DNA of 64,000 nt from Heterodontus francisci (Eukaryota), in the NCBI RefSeq assembly GCF_036365525.1, contig NC_090378.1, forward strand, positions 98,514,116 through 98,578,115, given 5' to 3'. Made by a program: the position numbers and the translations under genes. Position 1 is the first letter of the stretch; the number at the start of each line of letters is the position of its first letter. This document shows positions 37,323 to 51,031 of this stretch, one piece after another. The notes below the pieces were generated by a model, which was not told the origin of the DNA, searched no databases, and saw nothing but the letters and a program-made list of their open reading frames with translations.

Positions 37323-38207
37323 TGCGGGTTAGGCATGGAGGTGGAATGAGCAATGGACAGAATCTGCTCTCATGCACCTTCAGAGTAGCAAATGGTTCTG
37401 ATCTAGAAAAAGGTCACCCATTTACTCTGTGGTGGAGAGAGACACAGAACGAGCACACCAAGGAAAGCACAGGGGGAAATGGAGAGACCAGAAGCTGAAT
37501 AAAGCAGGATTGAATCGTCACTTTAAAAAAAAAGGTACAACATGAAAAACACTATTTATCATCAAGAGTTTAGCCCTTTGTAATTACAGATTAACCTTTT
37601 AAAAAAAAAATCCAAAATGAGCTCCATGTATAATTGCAATATCTGACAAGTGTTTAAGTCATGACAAAATAAAAGTAGATCAATGCACACAACACAAGTT
37701 CCCACATGACTGGCACCATGCCAAAAGGTGTCATTACTGTAACAAATGCCTGCTCCCAGAAAGAGTTCACGAAGATCATTTTACCAGCCGCTCACTGCAA
37801 CTTCATGAAATTGATTTAAGAAACATCCCACTGTCCACAACTCAAATATAATTACTTGCTGCAAATACAGTGTACTGTTACAAATGCAAATTCTCTACAG
37901 TATTGTAATCTTATATACACACACACTTGGAAAAACCATCGAGAAATCTGTTGCGATATAAAAAAAAATTAACAGTTCACTTTAACAGAACATCTTGGAA
38001 ACATGGAAATACAAGATTTGCACTAGCTGGACCAGAATTTAATGAATGATGAGGTGTCAAATTGACTTATTTTGTCAAAATTTATTTTGCTTGTTTTCCC
38101 CTATGGTCTTTCTGAAAGCGGTTTTATAACCTTAAAATCTAATGACTTTCTCAGTAAGTTCCTGAGAACAACTAGCATTGATCATTGCAATATGCATGTG
38201 GACAACT

Positions 38208-38620
38208 GGTGCTACATTTTAAGAGTCGGCCGAAGTAGATGGTGGACGTAAAGAAAAATGTGGCCTGCCAGCACAGGCACTGCGTCACAGAGCCGCTGCG
38301 ATTTCAAATGCAGCAGCTCATTGCATGGCCACGGCGCCCGCCCCCCCCCGCGATGACGTGGAGGGGTGGGCAAGCTGTCGCTGGCAACAGCGCCAACACC
38401 AATGCATAGGCATGGTGCTATTTTTAAAGGCCTTACAGCCCCCAATGGAGATTTAATAATTAAAAGGGCCAGGTAAGTTAGATGTCCACAAAACACAATT
38501 AAGTGGCCTTTAAATGCATTCCCTCCACCCCCATGCCCAGAATTCGAATATTGTGAACTTGACCTTCCCCCACCCACCCCGCCCCCATTCCAACAGCAGA
38601 GGGGCTTTAAAACCCAGCCC
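38208..38620. mobile_element. Harbinger-like MITE, decayed
   Basis: CpG-rich block ending aaaacccagccc. The left terminus is degenerate (gtgctacatttt). Confidence 0.45.
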
Positions 38621-38679
38621 CTGATGTTTAAGCATAATACACATAGCACACATCGGCCACATTCCCAGGTAAATTAGAA

Positions 38680-39030
38680 TGATATAACACAGGAGGTGGC
38701 CATTTGGCCCATTGACTGTGCAAGGTCTCCAAGAGCTAACCAATTGGTCCTACTCCCCAGCTCCTTTTCCCTTTTTTAAAAAAAAAAGATTAAATCGCCT
38801 TTTGTAAGTTACGATTGGCTCTGCTTCCTTCATACTTTGTCAATGCATTCCAGATCATAATTAGTTGCATTGAAAAAAAAACTCATCCTTGACCTTTTTT
38901 TGCCCATTATTTTAAACCTTTGCCCTTTGGTAATCAACACTCCTGCCAGCAGAAAAAGTTTCTCCATAGCTGCTTTATTAAAACCTCAATTTGGAACATT
39001 TCAGTTAAGTCTCCCCTTAACTTTCTCTGC
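38680..39030 (-). mobile_element. CR1 3' fragment
   Basis: cacaggaggtggccatttggccca tail, then ...ctccccttaactttctctg. Confidence 0.7.
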
Positions 39031-40209
39031 TTAATCCATCATTCAATAAACCTGGGGTAATAAAGTCACAAATCACACTGATGCTTCAGTGGTAATCTAT
39101 GACAAATCCACACAAAGCACATTGGCAAACAAGTGAACCACATGCAGGGGCTCCTCTGATAGTTACCAGGTGGTGTTGTACTGAGCCAGGTTCAGTCCCC
39201 AACACTGAGCTGAGCTGTTACAAGAGGCATCAGCTGTTCTGGACTAGAAAAAGCACAGAAAATGAAGAGACAAGCCAGCATATCTGCTCATGATCAGAGT
39301 CACTTTCTGGAAATGCTGCCAAGTGAACGAGATTAGAAACCTGACTATGCTGTCTGCATCTCCTCTCCCCTCATGATGGAACAGACTGCAAGCATTTATC
39401 TTCTATTCTCAAACCTGAAAATGCAGCTACTTGGACAAGTCAGTAGATGGCTGTGCCAGTACTCCTGGATCTCTGCCCCAAACAAGAGGAGAAAGCAGAA
39501 CAGAAACTAAAAACAGATAGGGAGAACTCCATGGTATGTACAGAATTCAATTTCATGATTCAGATGAAGGCTTCTAAACGGAAAATCAGTGTTTTGCAAC
39601 ACTATTAAAGTTGCCATTCTGCCTATTGAACTCATGTTGGTCCACTTAAAGAGCTGCCTACGTAGTCTCATTCCCATTTTACACAAGAATTTAATAGGAT
39701 TAGGAGGCGGCCATTTGGCTCCTCAAGCCTGCTCCACTATTGAATAAAATCATAAGATCTTGAGGGATTTTGTGCACACAAAATCCCTCAACGGTGTTAC
39801 AACCTTGCAATCATTTCTACCAATCCATTCTTACCAACTAACACATGTGCAAAGTGTCATTTTAATGATTTAGGAGAATCTGAAGTGGATTTTGATGGGC
39901 AGCAGATTTCTAATGCCACTTCACATTTGAGGTAATAATAGACTATTCGGCTCAATGAGAAATGCCAGTAATGCACTTTGAAACGGATACTCATGCCACA
40001 TCATACAAAAGGGAATTGTATTCTTTTTACTTCTCTGTTATCAGAACTCAACAGTATTGTGAGCCTTTCAAAGTGTGCATTATGAACAATATAACCAAAT
40101 CATACTTGAGAAGAATATACTCTTCCATCAGGATGGAGAAATCTCCTTTAGTAATTTCACTGGATAAAAGGCAGAGTTCAGCACTTTATCCAAATGCAAT
40201 AGGCCTTTA

Positions 40210-41090
40210 ACTGATATAAAAACAGTAAAAAGTGGAAATACTCAGCAGCTCAGGCAGCATCTGTGGAGAAGCAATTAACATCTCAGGTTGATGACCTTTC
40301 GTCAGAACTGGACAAAAGTTGGAGATAACAGGTTTTAAGCATGTACAGAGGAAGGGAAGGTGGGGGGGGGGGTGGGGGATGAGCAGGAATTAAAAAAAGG
40401 GAAGTCTGATGGGGAGGAAGACAGGAGAGAGATTAAATGACAAAAGGATTGATGGCACAAGGCAGAAGATAGTAATGTGACAAGTTAAAAAAAGGGTCTA
40501 GGATGAGGTTTAAAAAAGGGGAAATAGCCCAGATCAACAGCTGCCGCTTAAAAAATGGGGGTAGCAGTTATGATCTGAAATTGAACTTAATGTAGAGTCC
40601 GGAAGGCTGTGAAGTGCCTAATCAAAAGAGGAGGCGCTGTTCCTTAAGCTTACATTAAGAACATAAGAAATAGGAGGAGTATACCATACAGCCCTTCGAG
40701 CCTGCTCCACCAGTCAATACGATCATAGTTGATCCTTGGCCTCGACTCCACTTTACTTTCCACTCCCCAAATCCCTTGATTCTCTTAGAGACCAAAAATC
40801 TGTCCATCTCCACCTTAAAATTTACTCAATGATGGAACAACCACAACCCTCTGGGGGTACAGAACTTCAAAGATTCACAACCCTTTGAGTAAAAGAAATT
40901 TCTCCTCACCTCAGTCCTAAGTGCTCCCCACCCCACAATTCTGTGTTCTAGATTCCCCAGGCAGGGGAAAGAACCTCTCAGTATCTGCTCTCAAGCCTCT
41001 TCAGAATCTTAACATTGAGCTTCATTGCAGCAATGTAGGAGACCAAGGACAGAGGGGTCAGAGTGGAGTGGAGAATTAAAATGACAGGGC
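40210..41090 (-). mobile_element. Penelope-like element 3' part (GIY-YIG C-terminus plus terminal repeat), interrupted by CR1
   Basis: Minus-strand translation near 40570-40655 reads KLKEQRLLF*LGTSQPSGLYIKF, like the PLE endonuclease end (E...I..LGTL.P.GLN). Terminal repeat at 40210-40310. Confidence 0.75.
40656..41010 (-). mobile_element. CR1 3' end nested in the Penelope-like element
   Basis: taagaacataagaaatagga tail. acatt occurs on both sides. Confidence 0.8.
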
Positions 41091-42529
41091 TTGATTTGCA
41101 GATTGTTTTGTTCCAAAATGTAATAAGATTTTTCCTTTAAAAAAAAACGGGAAACAGAGCCCAAGTAAAATCCCACTAATGATTTCCAACTGTTGCATGC
41201 ATTCCAGTAGTACAGTGTGACACAGTTCAGATAAAAACAACGAATGCTTATTTAGCTATTTGGACAGTTTGCTTCCTCTGTAATACATGCAATCATTGTT
41301 TAAGATCTAAAAACATTATACAGCAAAACCACATTCAAACAAACTTTCTTGGGTCCCATTCTAGGCTACATTCTAACAAGTAGAGGAGCCTTAAATTTCA
41401 GCAAGATGAAGCCCACATCAGTTGTGCATCCCCACTGTTTGTAACAAAAGTTTGCTTATATTCGGAGTCATTATTCAATGAATTCAGAGATATTAGGCCA
41501 AAGAACCCCAAATGTTCGTGTGAAGAAAATATATTAGAATTTAATGCAGCAGATACACACACTATTGCAAGTCTGCAAAAGTTACAGCATCATGAATCAT
41601 TAAATGGAAACCATCTGTTGAAATTTGGCCCAACTTCATCTGCTTTGAGCAGTAAAAAAAAAACAAATCTCAGAATGAAAGAATGTGACTCTCTTGTATT
41701 ATGGTGCTCATTCACAGCTTAAAGGGTTCTACACAATGGACTATCAGGTCAACTTTCACGATAGACTGCATATGAACACCAGCCACAACCAAGGACACGT
41801 GAAAGAATTTAGCACTCGGACAATTCGATCATGACACTGAGTGCAAGATCCATTTTGTAACTAAATATTAACAAGTCTTACTGCGAAGGCTCAACATAAA
41901 CTTTCAACTTTTAAACCTTTTAACGTCTTGAGACTGCAACATTAAGGCAGACGAATTAGATGGAGCAGTATCACTAATTTCTATACAATTTATTTTATCA
42001 TGAATTTATTGATTAGTTTTAATTCTAAAGATTTAGTACAGAGAATTATGGGCAAATGTTCCAACTTCTCAGCCCGGATCTCCTTTGGCTCCTCAGCTCT
42101 GCCCCTTACAGACTAAATCCCCTCCCCAAGCATGTTGTGCAGGGTAGAATGGGACAGTAGAATTGGAACATTGCCAATAACTACCGGGTCAAATTAAGAG
42201 GGTCTGGCCAAAATAATTAACTTATGCACATCTCCAACCACTCTCAGGAGATGTTGTAGAAAGCATTTTCATAATTTACAAAAATAAGGGCCACTGTTTA
42301 TAAAAAAAAACCTCAAGCATGTTTCAACTTAATACAAAGCTTCACTGAACAAGACGACTTTGACTAATTATATTTTGTTAGATGCAACAATCCTGTGACA
42401 TGAGTTGTCTAGTTTTAAGAGAACAACCAGAGCTTGATTCATTGGCTGGCGTGTTAAATTTAACAGAAAAAAAAACAAGGTGGGAGCATGGACTCAACAA
42501 AAAGATCAGAAAGTCCCTGGAGCTTCCTT

Positions 42530-43110
42530 AATGGCTGTTTACTGTACACACCAGCAAGTCTTAGATTCCATCCTTGGTCTAGGCTGAGTTAGCTGCTCTC
42601 AGTCAAGGAAGAGGTAGGAGTGCTAAAATTGGCCATGGCAATCCTGGATTACAGCAGGAATCACAGAAGGCGGCAATTTGGCCCGTCGTGTCAGCTCCAG
42701 CTTTCCGAAAGAGCAGTTTACCTAGTGCCACTCCCCAGCCTTCTCCCTGTAGCCCTGCAGATAATAATCCTTTTCAGATAATAACCCAGTTCCCACTTGA
42801 ATGCCTCGATTGAACCAGCCTCCACCAAACTCTCAGGCAGCACATTCCAGATCCGAACCACTCGCTGCCTTTAACATACCTTCAGAGCTGTAATCAGACA
42901 AAAATGGATATCAAGCCAAGGGAGGAGATATTAGGAGAGGGTCAGAAAGCTGGGTTTGAAAGGAGGGTCTTAAACAGGGAGAGGGAGGTGGAGAGGCAGC
43001 GAGATTTATGGAGGCTATTTCAGAGCAAAAAAAGGACCAGATAGCTGACCTCAAAACTGCCAATGGTATGACAAAGGACAGGGGATGCACACAACACCAG
43101 AAGAACAAAA
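42530..43110. mobile_element. Cluster of decayed SINE/CR1/L2-like fragments
   Basis: SINE-like ggtctaggctgagttagctg, a minus CR1 tail at about 42655-42870 and a minus L2-like tail at about 42885-43110. Confidence 0.5.
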
Positions 43111-43456
43111 AAAAAGCCAGGGTTCCTGCTCTCTATTGCTGTCCATAAAATTGTGTGTTAAGTGCAGAGTATATGGATCTTGGTTGCGAAGCTCCTCATA
43201 GCCAAATAGCTTGCCAGTACTGTCAGGGACCAAATATGATTAAGGACAAGGCAAGAGAGCAGACAGGGCCAATAGAATCTTACCTCAGTAAGGAGCTTTC
43301 AAGATGAAAACCATTCCCAGACACTCTAAACTTGTATCGATACCAGGCTAGAGTTATACTACCTTTGGTGTAGTGCGCCATTCTTAATTTTTTTTTTTTT
43401 TGCGCACTACAAAAAATTATGTTGGATAGATCACTTGGTTGAAACCAAGATCTTGT

Positions 43457-43588
43457 TAATAAAAGCAAAGTACTGCAAATGCTGGAAAGCTGAAATAAAA
43501 ACTAAAAAATACTCAGGCGGTCTGGCAGCATCTGTGCAGAGAGAAACAGAGTTAACGTTTCAGGTCAATGACCCTGCATCAGAACTTC
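43457..43588 (-). mobile_element. Penelope-like terminal repeat with hammerhead-like motif
   Basis: aaaagcaaagtactgcaaatgctggaa...gttaacgtttcaggtcaatgaccctgcatcagaac. Confidence 0.8.
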
Positions 43589-43975
43589 AGGGTATCCCAT
43601 GTCTAATGAAGTATTATTGAAGTATAGTCACCATTGCAGTGTAGGAAACACAGCTAACAACTTGCACACAGCACAGTCCTACAAACAACAGCGAGATAAA
43701 TGACAATCATTTTCCTTTTGTGTGATGTTTGTCAAGTATAACAGGATTACTCCTCTACTCTTCTTTGAATGGTTCTGTGGGATCTTTTACATCCACCACA
43801 GAAAGCAGACAGGGCCTCAATTTAGTGCCTCATTTGAGAGATAGTACCTACAACAGCGCAAAAGTTTTTCAGTAATAGTCAAAGTGTTATCTTAGATTAG
43901 GTGCTCAAGTCTCTGGAATGGGCTTAGACCCATAGCCCTTGGATTCAGAGCTAAGTGCACTACTACTGAACCTAG
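43589..43975 (-). mobile_element. SacSINE1/DeuSINE-like SINE
   Basis: aatgaagtattattgaagtatagtcac...gggatcttttacatccac...gctcaagtctctggaatggg. Confidence 0.8.
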
Positions 43976-44384
43976 CTCAATCTATAGTTGCTGGCCGACT
44001 TAGACAAGTTAGGGGAAATATGAGCCCACGTGCAGCAGCTGTGGACAAATGCAGATCATGCAGTTTGGGGACTAGGAAACTCCAGGCATGTTTATAACAT
44101 GTAGAGGCACTTGTTTAGCTAACAGATCAGGAAAGAGCCCAGAGAAGGAATAACTAATCAATGAATGTTTTAAGGTCATCACGACCATTTTTAACCTGGG
44201 AGGAGACTCATGTGGAACATAAACACTAGCATGGACTGGTTGGGCTCAATGGTCTGTTTCTGTGATGGAAAATCCGATGGAACCTAGATTTTTATTGAGG
44301 GACACCAACCCCAACACAAGTGTTTAAGTGGCATTTGAAAGTGTACACACCCCATCCATTCCACACAAACTTCAAGGGATAAAC

Positions 44385-47042
44385 AATTACTCAATTACTG
44401 CAGTAAGGAGGGATGATATCTTAGAAGATTCCTCTAATGAGGCCATATACGTAGAACCTAAAAACAAAACAGGGGGCATCACTTGGCTGGGAGCATACTA
44501 CAGGCTTCCAAAAACAGTCAGGGAGAGATAGAGCAGACATGTAGGCAAATCTCAGGTGCAAAAATAATAGGGTAATAATAGTAGGAATTTCAACTTCCCC
44601 TATATCAGAGGGGATAGCATTAGTGCAAAAAGCTTAAAGGGGGCAGAATTCTTCAAGTGTATTCATGAGAGTATTTTGAGCCAGTACGTAGAGAGTCCTA
44701 CAAGATCTGTACTGAACTTAATCCTAGGGAATGAAACCAGACAAGTGGTAGAAGTGGCAGTGGGGGAGCATTTCGGGGATAGTGACCATAACTTTAAGAT
44801 TTAAGGTTGCTATGGAAAAGGACATCGAGGGACCAGAAATAAGAGTACTGAATTGGGGGAAGGCAGATTTCAATATGACAAAACAGGATCTGGCCAAAGT
44901 GAACTGGGAGCAGCTTCTTATAGGAAAGTTTACATCAGACCAGTGGGAGTCATTTAGTAAAGAAATTGTGAGGGTTCAGGTCCAGCATGTTCTTGTAAAA
45001 GGTAAAGAGTAGGACCAACAAGTCCAGGGAACCCTGGATATCAAGGGATATAGAGGATTGGATAAGGAAAAAAAAAAAGGATGCGTATGGCAGATTCAGA
45101 GTGCTGAAAACAGCAGAGGCCCTGGAGGAGTATAGAAAGTATAGGGGAGTACTTAAAAAAGTAATTAGAAGAGCGAAGAGGGAGCATGAAAAATCACTGG
45201 CAGACAAGACAAAGGAAAATCCCAAGGCGTTTTCGAAGTATGTTAGGGGCAGGATAACTAGGGAAAAAGTGGGGCCTATTAAGGATCGAAGAGGCAATGT
45301 GTGTGTGTGGAACCGGAGGACATAGGTGAAGTTTTGAACGATTACTTTTCATCTGCGTTCACTATGGAGAGGGAGAATATAGGTGTAGTGATCAGGGAGG
45401 GGGATTGTGATATAGTTGATCAAATTAGCATTGAAAAGGAGGAAGGATTAGCTGTATTACCGGGCTTAAAGGTGGATAAATCCCCAGGCCCAGATGAGAT
45501 GTATCCCAGGCTGCTATGTGAGGCAAAAGGAGGAGATAGTGGGGGCTCGGACACAAATTTTCAGCTCCTCTCCGGCTACAGGAGAGGTGCCAGAGGACAG
45601 GAGCAAATGTGGTACCATTATTCAAGAAGGGTAGCAGGGATAAACCAGGTAAGTATACGCCCATGAGTCTAACATCAGTGGTAGGGAAATTACTGGAAAA
45701 AATTCTGAGACACAGGATTAATCTCCACTTGGAAAGGCAGGGATTAATCAGGGATAGTCAGCATGGCTTTGTCAAGGGGCGATCGTGTCTAACAAATTTG
45801 AATTTTGCGAGGTGGTGACTAGATGTGTATATGAGGGTAAAGCAGTTGATGTAGTCTACATGGACTTCAGTAAGGTTTTTGATAACGTCCCACATGGGAG
45901 ATTGGTTAAGTTGTTAAGAGCCCATGGGATCCAGGGCAGTTTGGCAAATTGGATCCAAAATTGTCTTAGTGGCAGGAGGCAGAGGGTGATGGTCGAGGGT
46001 TGTTTTTGCGAGTGGAAGCCTGTGACCAGTGGTGTACCACAGGGATCGGTGCTGGGACCCTTGCTGTTTGTAGTGTACATTAATGATTTAGACATGAATA
46101 TAGGAGGAATGATCAGTAAGTTCGCAGATGACATGAAAATTGGTGGTGTATAAATAGTGAGGAGGAAAGCCTTAGATAACAGGATAATATAGATAGGCTG
46201 GTAAGATGGGCAGAGCAGTGGCAAATGGAATTTAATCCTGAGAAGTGTGAGGTGATGCACTTTGGGAGGACTAACAAGGCAAGGAAATATACAATGGATG
46301 ATAGAACCCTAGGGAGTACAGAGGGTCAGAGGGAACTTGGTGTGCTTGTCCATAAATCACTGACGGCAGCAGCACAGGCAGATAAGGTGGTTAGGAAGGT
46401 ATATGGGATACTTGCCTTTATTAGCCGAGGCATAGAATATAAAAGAGTAGGGAGGTTAGCTGGTTTTAGTTAACCAGCTAACTAAAACGCTGGTTAGGCC
46501 ACAGCTGGAGTACTGTGTACAGTTCTGGTCACCACACTATAGGAAGGATGTAATTGCAATGGAGAGGATGCAGAGGAGATTCACCAGGATTTTGCCTGGG
46601 CTGGAGCATTTCAGTTATGAAGACAGACTGGATAGGTTGGGGTTGTTCCCCTTGGAGCAGAGAAGGCTGAGGGGGACCTGACAGATATACAAAATTAAGA
46701 GGGGCATTTATTGGATAGACAGGAAGAAACTTTTTCCCTTAGCGGAGAGGTCAATAACTAGGGGGTATAGATTTAAGGTCAGGGGCAGGAGGTTCAGAGG
46801 GGAGTTGAGGAAAAATTTTCACCGAGGGTAGTTGGATTCTGGAACACATTGCCTGAAGGGGTGGTAGAGGCAGGAACACTCAACATTTAAGTAGTATTTA
46901 GATAAGCACCTGAAACACCATAGCATACAAGGCTCTGGGCCAAATGCGGGAAGTGGGATTTGTTTTGGATGGGTGCTTGATGGTCGGCGCAGGCGCGTTG
47001 GGCCGAAGGGCCTCTTTCTGTGCTGTAAAACTCTAGACTCTA
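44385..47042 (+). mobile_element. CR1 (HER1-like) LINE, ORF2 endonuclease-RT, disrupted
   Basis: EN remnants (GAYYRLP, GEHFGDSDH) and RT motifs ([51 protein letters not shown]). The 3' end gggccgaagggcctctttctgtgctgta is shared with the HE1-like SINE tails. Confidence 0.95.
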
Positions 47043-47519
47043 ATTTTCTTGTTCCTTTTCAGTATCAATTCAAGCACCAATAAAAAAAATTCCAACTGGC
47101 ACTTTAATAATCTTGAGGGGTTTTATTTGTCTTAAATCTCATGCAGCACAGTAAAAGAAAAGTTTTGCTCCCCTTCAATCAGTGTGGGTGGTTTAAGTGG
47201 AAAATGAACTGGAATGCTGAGCAAGGATTAATGCTTTTTCACTAATGTTACACCTGGGATTTTTCCTCTTCAAAATTTTTGCACAGGTGACAGCTGTCGT
47301 CAGTTGCATAACTACCCAGGGACCTTTACAAAACCTTGGCCTATAACAGGCTTTACTCGAGCACTTCTCGGGGTCAAAGTAAACATAGTGAATGCCTGCA
47401 AACCTCATTCCCTCACTATGCTAAGAGGCTCATGAAATGTGCACAGGCAATATTCCATACTCATTTTAAAAATCATGTTTGACACCACAGCAGAATAGGG
47501 CTCAAAGCTTCCAGGAATT

Positions 47520-48183
47520 GCAAAAGGTTAGTATGCAGGCACAGCACATAAATAGGAAAGCTAACAGAATTTTCTTGTTTATTGCAAGGGGAATTGAATA
47601 CAAAAGTAGGGAGGTTATGCTTCAGCTATACAGGGCACTGGTGAGACCACATCTGGAGTACTGTGTACAGTACTGGTCTCCTTATTTAAGGAAGGATGTA
47701 AAATGCATTGGAGGCAATACATAGAAGGTTTAATAGACCAATACCTGGACTGGGCAGGCTGTCTTACGAGCAAAGATTGGACAGGCTAGGCTTGTATCTG
47801 CTGGAATTTAGAACAGTAAGAGGCGACATATTGAAATATAGAAGATCCTGAGGGGTCTTGACAGGGTGGATATGGAAAGGATGTTTTCTCTTGTGCGAGA
47901 ATCTCGAACGAGGGGTCACTTTAAAAGTAAGGGGTCACCCATTTAAAGAGAGAGATGAGGGTCGTGAGTCTTTGAAATTCTCTTCCTCAAAAGACAGTGG
48001 AAGCAGAGTCTTTGAATATTGTTAAGGCAGAGGTAGATAGATTCTTGATAAGCAAGGGGGTGGAAGGTTATTGGAGGTAGGTGGAAATGGAGTAATCAGT
48101 TCAGCCATGAACTTATTGAATGGTGGAGCAGGCTCGAGGGGTCGAGTGGCCTACTCCTGTTCCTAATTCATATGTTCGTATGT
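47520..48183 (+). mobile_element. CR1 3' fragment (different subfamily)
   Basis: Peptide RGIEYKSREVMLQLYRALVRPHLEYCVQYWSP. Tail ggcctactcctgttcctaattcatatgttcgtatg. Confidence 0.9.
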
Positions 48184-48852
48184 ATCTTTTCCTCCACTCA
48201 CATCAAGATCTTACTGTATTATTTACAGACCAATTTGAAAAAAACAAAGGCTGACCAAAAGCTTGAAACAAACAGCCCTGAATATTAGCCCATGATATGT
48301 ACAAAAAAAAAGCAATAAAGTGTACAGTGGGAACTGGATTTGTAACCCTATATGCCTTTTAATCTTATTAGAGGAAATAAAACACCAAGTACACGGGAAC
48401 CAGAAATAGCTACAAATATTGAAGTCCCAAGATTTGTTTCCTGATGGTTGCGGGGAAAAGCCTGCAAGAAAGTTCTTTTGATACCTTTTAGTTCAACAAA
48501 AACAAAAACAATGGACTTTCCCCAACTAACCAGAGTTACACAAATACAGAAACCGCCATATTTTAATCAGTTGTTATTCCATGTCACTTTTAAATCGCAA
48601 ATTGGAAGCATTACAAAACTGAAAAATTTCCTGCGGTTAGGACTTTGAAATAAACCCGAATGATAGGATGGAAATCTCTGCCAGTGCCAACGGTCTGAAG
48701 TGAAATGAGTTGATGCAGTTTCAACCTGCCTTTTCTTGTGCATCAACCCACAGCACAAAACTGCCAGTTATTGGAATAAACTCACAATGGACTCTCAATT
48801 TCACTCATGCTATACACAAACAAAACTTTGCTCTGTGCCTGGGCTATGCTTA

Positions 48853-49020
48853 TAGAATCATAGACTGATACAGCACAGAAGGAGGCCATTCGGCCCACCA
48901 TGCCAGTGCTGGATCTTTGAAAGGAAAATCCATTCGTCCCACTGCCCTTTTTCCCCCCCCCCATAGACCTGCAAATATTACAAAATATTCCACACACACT
49001 TTTCAAATTTACTATTGAAT
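48853..49020 (-). mobile_element. CR1 3' tail
   Basis: tagaatcataga...cagcacagaaggaggccattcggccca. Confidence 0.8.
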
Positions 49021-50269
49021 TTAAAGTTCTTTAGTTGGCACTAGGTGACAAAAACGTGGAAATATACTTGATTCACACACTAATGTTCTTTACTTCAAAT
49101 GGGCAAACATAAATTTGGTTAAAACGTAATAAAATTTCACATTCATTCCAGTTATTCTTCGTACACAATACCATTATAGATTTGAAAGCCAGGACGTTCA
49201 TTATAGCAGGTTCCTCCAAACGGGCCTTTTTAATCACTTTGCCTCTGATGTATTTCTCTCCCCCAACACCACAACCTCCCCCACCCTATTACTATTGTCC
49301 AGGAATTGGCGGAATACCTAGTCACCACTTACTGCCTGCCCTTAACTCACTAAGTGGAAAATTGTGGGTGAAAAACCATGCTCCTTCACATCAAATACCA
49401 ACAACCCCTGACCTCCCAATATTACATTAGAAAACCCAACAGTCTATTCAGGTCAATAATCTGATTCTGTATAAAATCAAGACAAGGCTTCTTCACTTCC
49501 AAATTATTGACTGTAATTCTCCTAACTGGTAGTATTTATATTAATTGGTACCCCAGCCAGTGAATGTGAACAGTAAAAATATGGGAGGTTTGGGAAACAT
49601 CTATGGGAAAAAAAACATGCCTGATAGGGTAAACTGTGCCTCCTACGCACACATGCATAACCAGCAGGTCAGAGTCTCGGTATGGTTCTCACGAACTGAG
49701 GACCACGAGAAAAGAGTTTCTTTGTATGTGATTTCACTGCAAAGTGCATCAACTTGTACAAAAACATCTACACAGCTGAGTCAAGTTAACCAGCTGTCAC
49801 CTACCTTGCTGATTATCTGATTTGAGTTTCTCACGGGTTTAGATATTGCTCTATAGCTCACTGAATTTCCACAGTACATATTTCAGCATATCTGCTCCTC
49901 CAGACCTCGGAAGAATTTGTGGCAATTAAAAGTTTTATAAAATTTGAAATGGCCCTGGAGAATACAGCCCATCGTAATCATTTCAACAGCATTTTGGAAG
50001 AATGGGACAGTAGGTGGTTATTGAAAGAAATTTTGAAAGAAGGGCCAGTTATTGCAGGAGGCGCATATTAATACTGACAATACATATTAGCGGCAGCTGT
50101 AACTTCTCCCTCCCCGATCTACATGGGTTCGATGCAGCATGAAGCACACCACTCAGCAAGTTTCAATTCTATAGGAAGACCAAATGTCCAAAATGTAAAT
50201 ACTTTTCAGGAATCAAGAAAAATTTCAATAGAAAAAGCAGGTCAATGGCTAGATGATGCTTCTCATCTC

Positions 50270-50515
50270 TAGGTGTCACCAGTTGGTAGCATGCTCACCT
50301 GAGAGTTAGACAGCTGCACTATCAGAGATGCCATCTTCTGGCTAAGACATTAAACAGAGGCCCCATTTACCATCTCTGGTCGATATGAAAGATCCCATAG
50401 CACTAATTGGAAGAGCAGGGAGTTCTCCTGATGTCAACATTTATGCTGAACCAACTGCAAAGGGCTTTGGAATGTAGAGGTCGTGAAAGATGTCTTGTAA
50501 AAATGCAAGTCTCTT
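50270..50515 (+). mobile_element. Internally deleted SacSINE1-like SINE
   Basis: taaacagaggcccc...aaagatcccatagcacta...gaagagcaggggagttctc...aaatgcaagtc. Confidence 0.7.
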
Positions 50516-50755
50516 TATTCCCCCATCAGTACTGCTATGGTCATTGTTCCACTCCTTCAACACTCCACGTATATCATTGTTACACCAATGCGTTTTGTTC
50601 AATAATAAATTTTCTTTGGTCCACTGGCTGGAAACCTGAATTTATATTCTTTTTAAGATATGTCTTTTAAAGAGACAGTTTAAAAAAGACAAGCTGCCAG
50701 CAAAGTCATCCTTTCAGCTTAAGATGATCACTTTTTGCAACACAGTATCCTACAC

Positions 50756-51023
50756 TAAAGGCCTGCTTAGGTTGGGAAAAAGAACCCGACCCGAACCCGA
50801 CCGATCCACAGCGGACCAGAGCCCAGCCCGGCCCAGCCCGAGTCCCCCGCTCTAAGTTTTTTATTTTTAATACTTACCAGCAGAGCACTTACCGTGTGTG
50901 TCCGGCCCGACCCGACCATGACCCGAACTCGGCCCAACCCGACCAGAGCCCGAAAGCCAGACCCAGAAGAGGGGCCCGGCCTGACCCATGATGTCGGGCT
51001 CCGGGTCAGGTAGCAGACATTTA
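50756..51023. mobile_element. hAT-type MITE with subterminal (A/G)CCCGA-like repeats
   Basis: Imperfect TIRs taaaggcctgct / agcagacattta. 8-bp TSD tcctacac at 50748-50755 and 51024-51031. Many acccga/gcccga motifs. Confidence 0.75.
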
Positions 51024-51031
51024 TCCTACAC

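Noticed and set aside
37115-37498. Pro/Ser-rich and Gly/Arg/Glu-rich ORFs
   Set aside because: They are translations of a polypurine low-complexity tract.
43284-43381. Minus-strand ATG-to-donor mini-exon (MAHYTKGS...LL, AG|GTAAGA)
   Set aside because: No promoter features, acceptor or codon bias. A strong donor alone is common by chance.
50775-51000. Short repeated motifs that could suggest a CRISPR-like or telomere-like array
   Set aside because: These are irregular subterminal repeats inside a TIR/8-bp-TSD element, and the context is eukaryotic.
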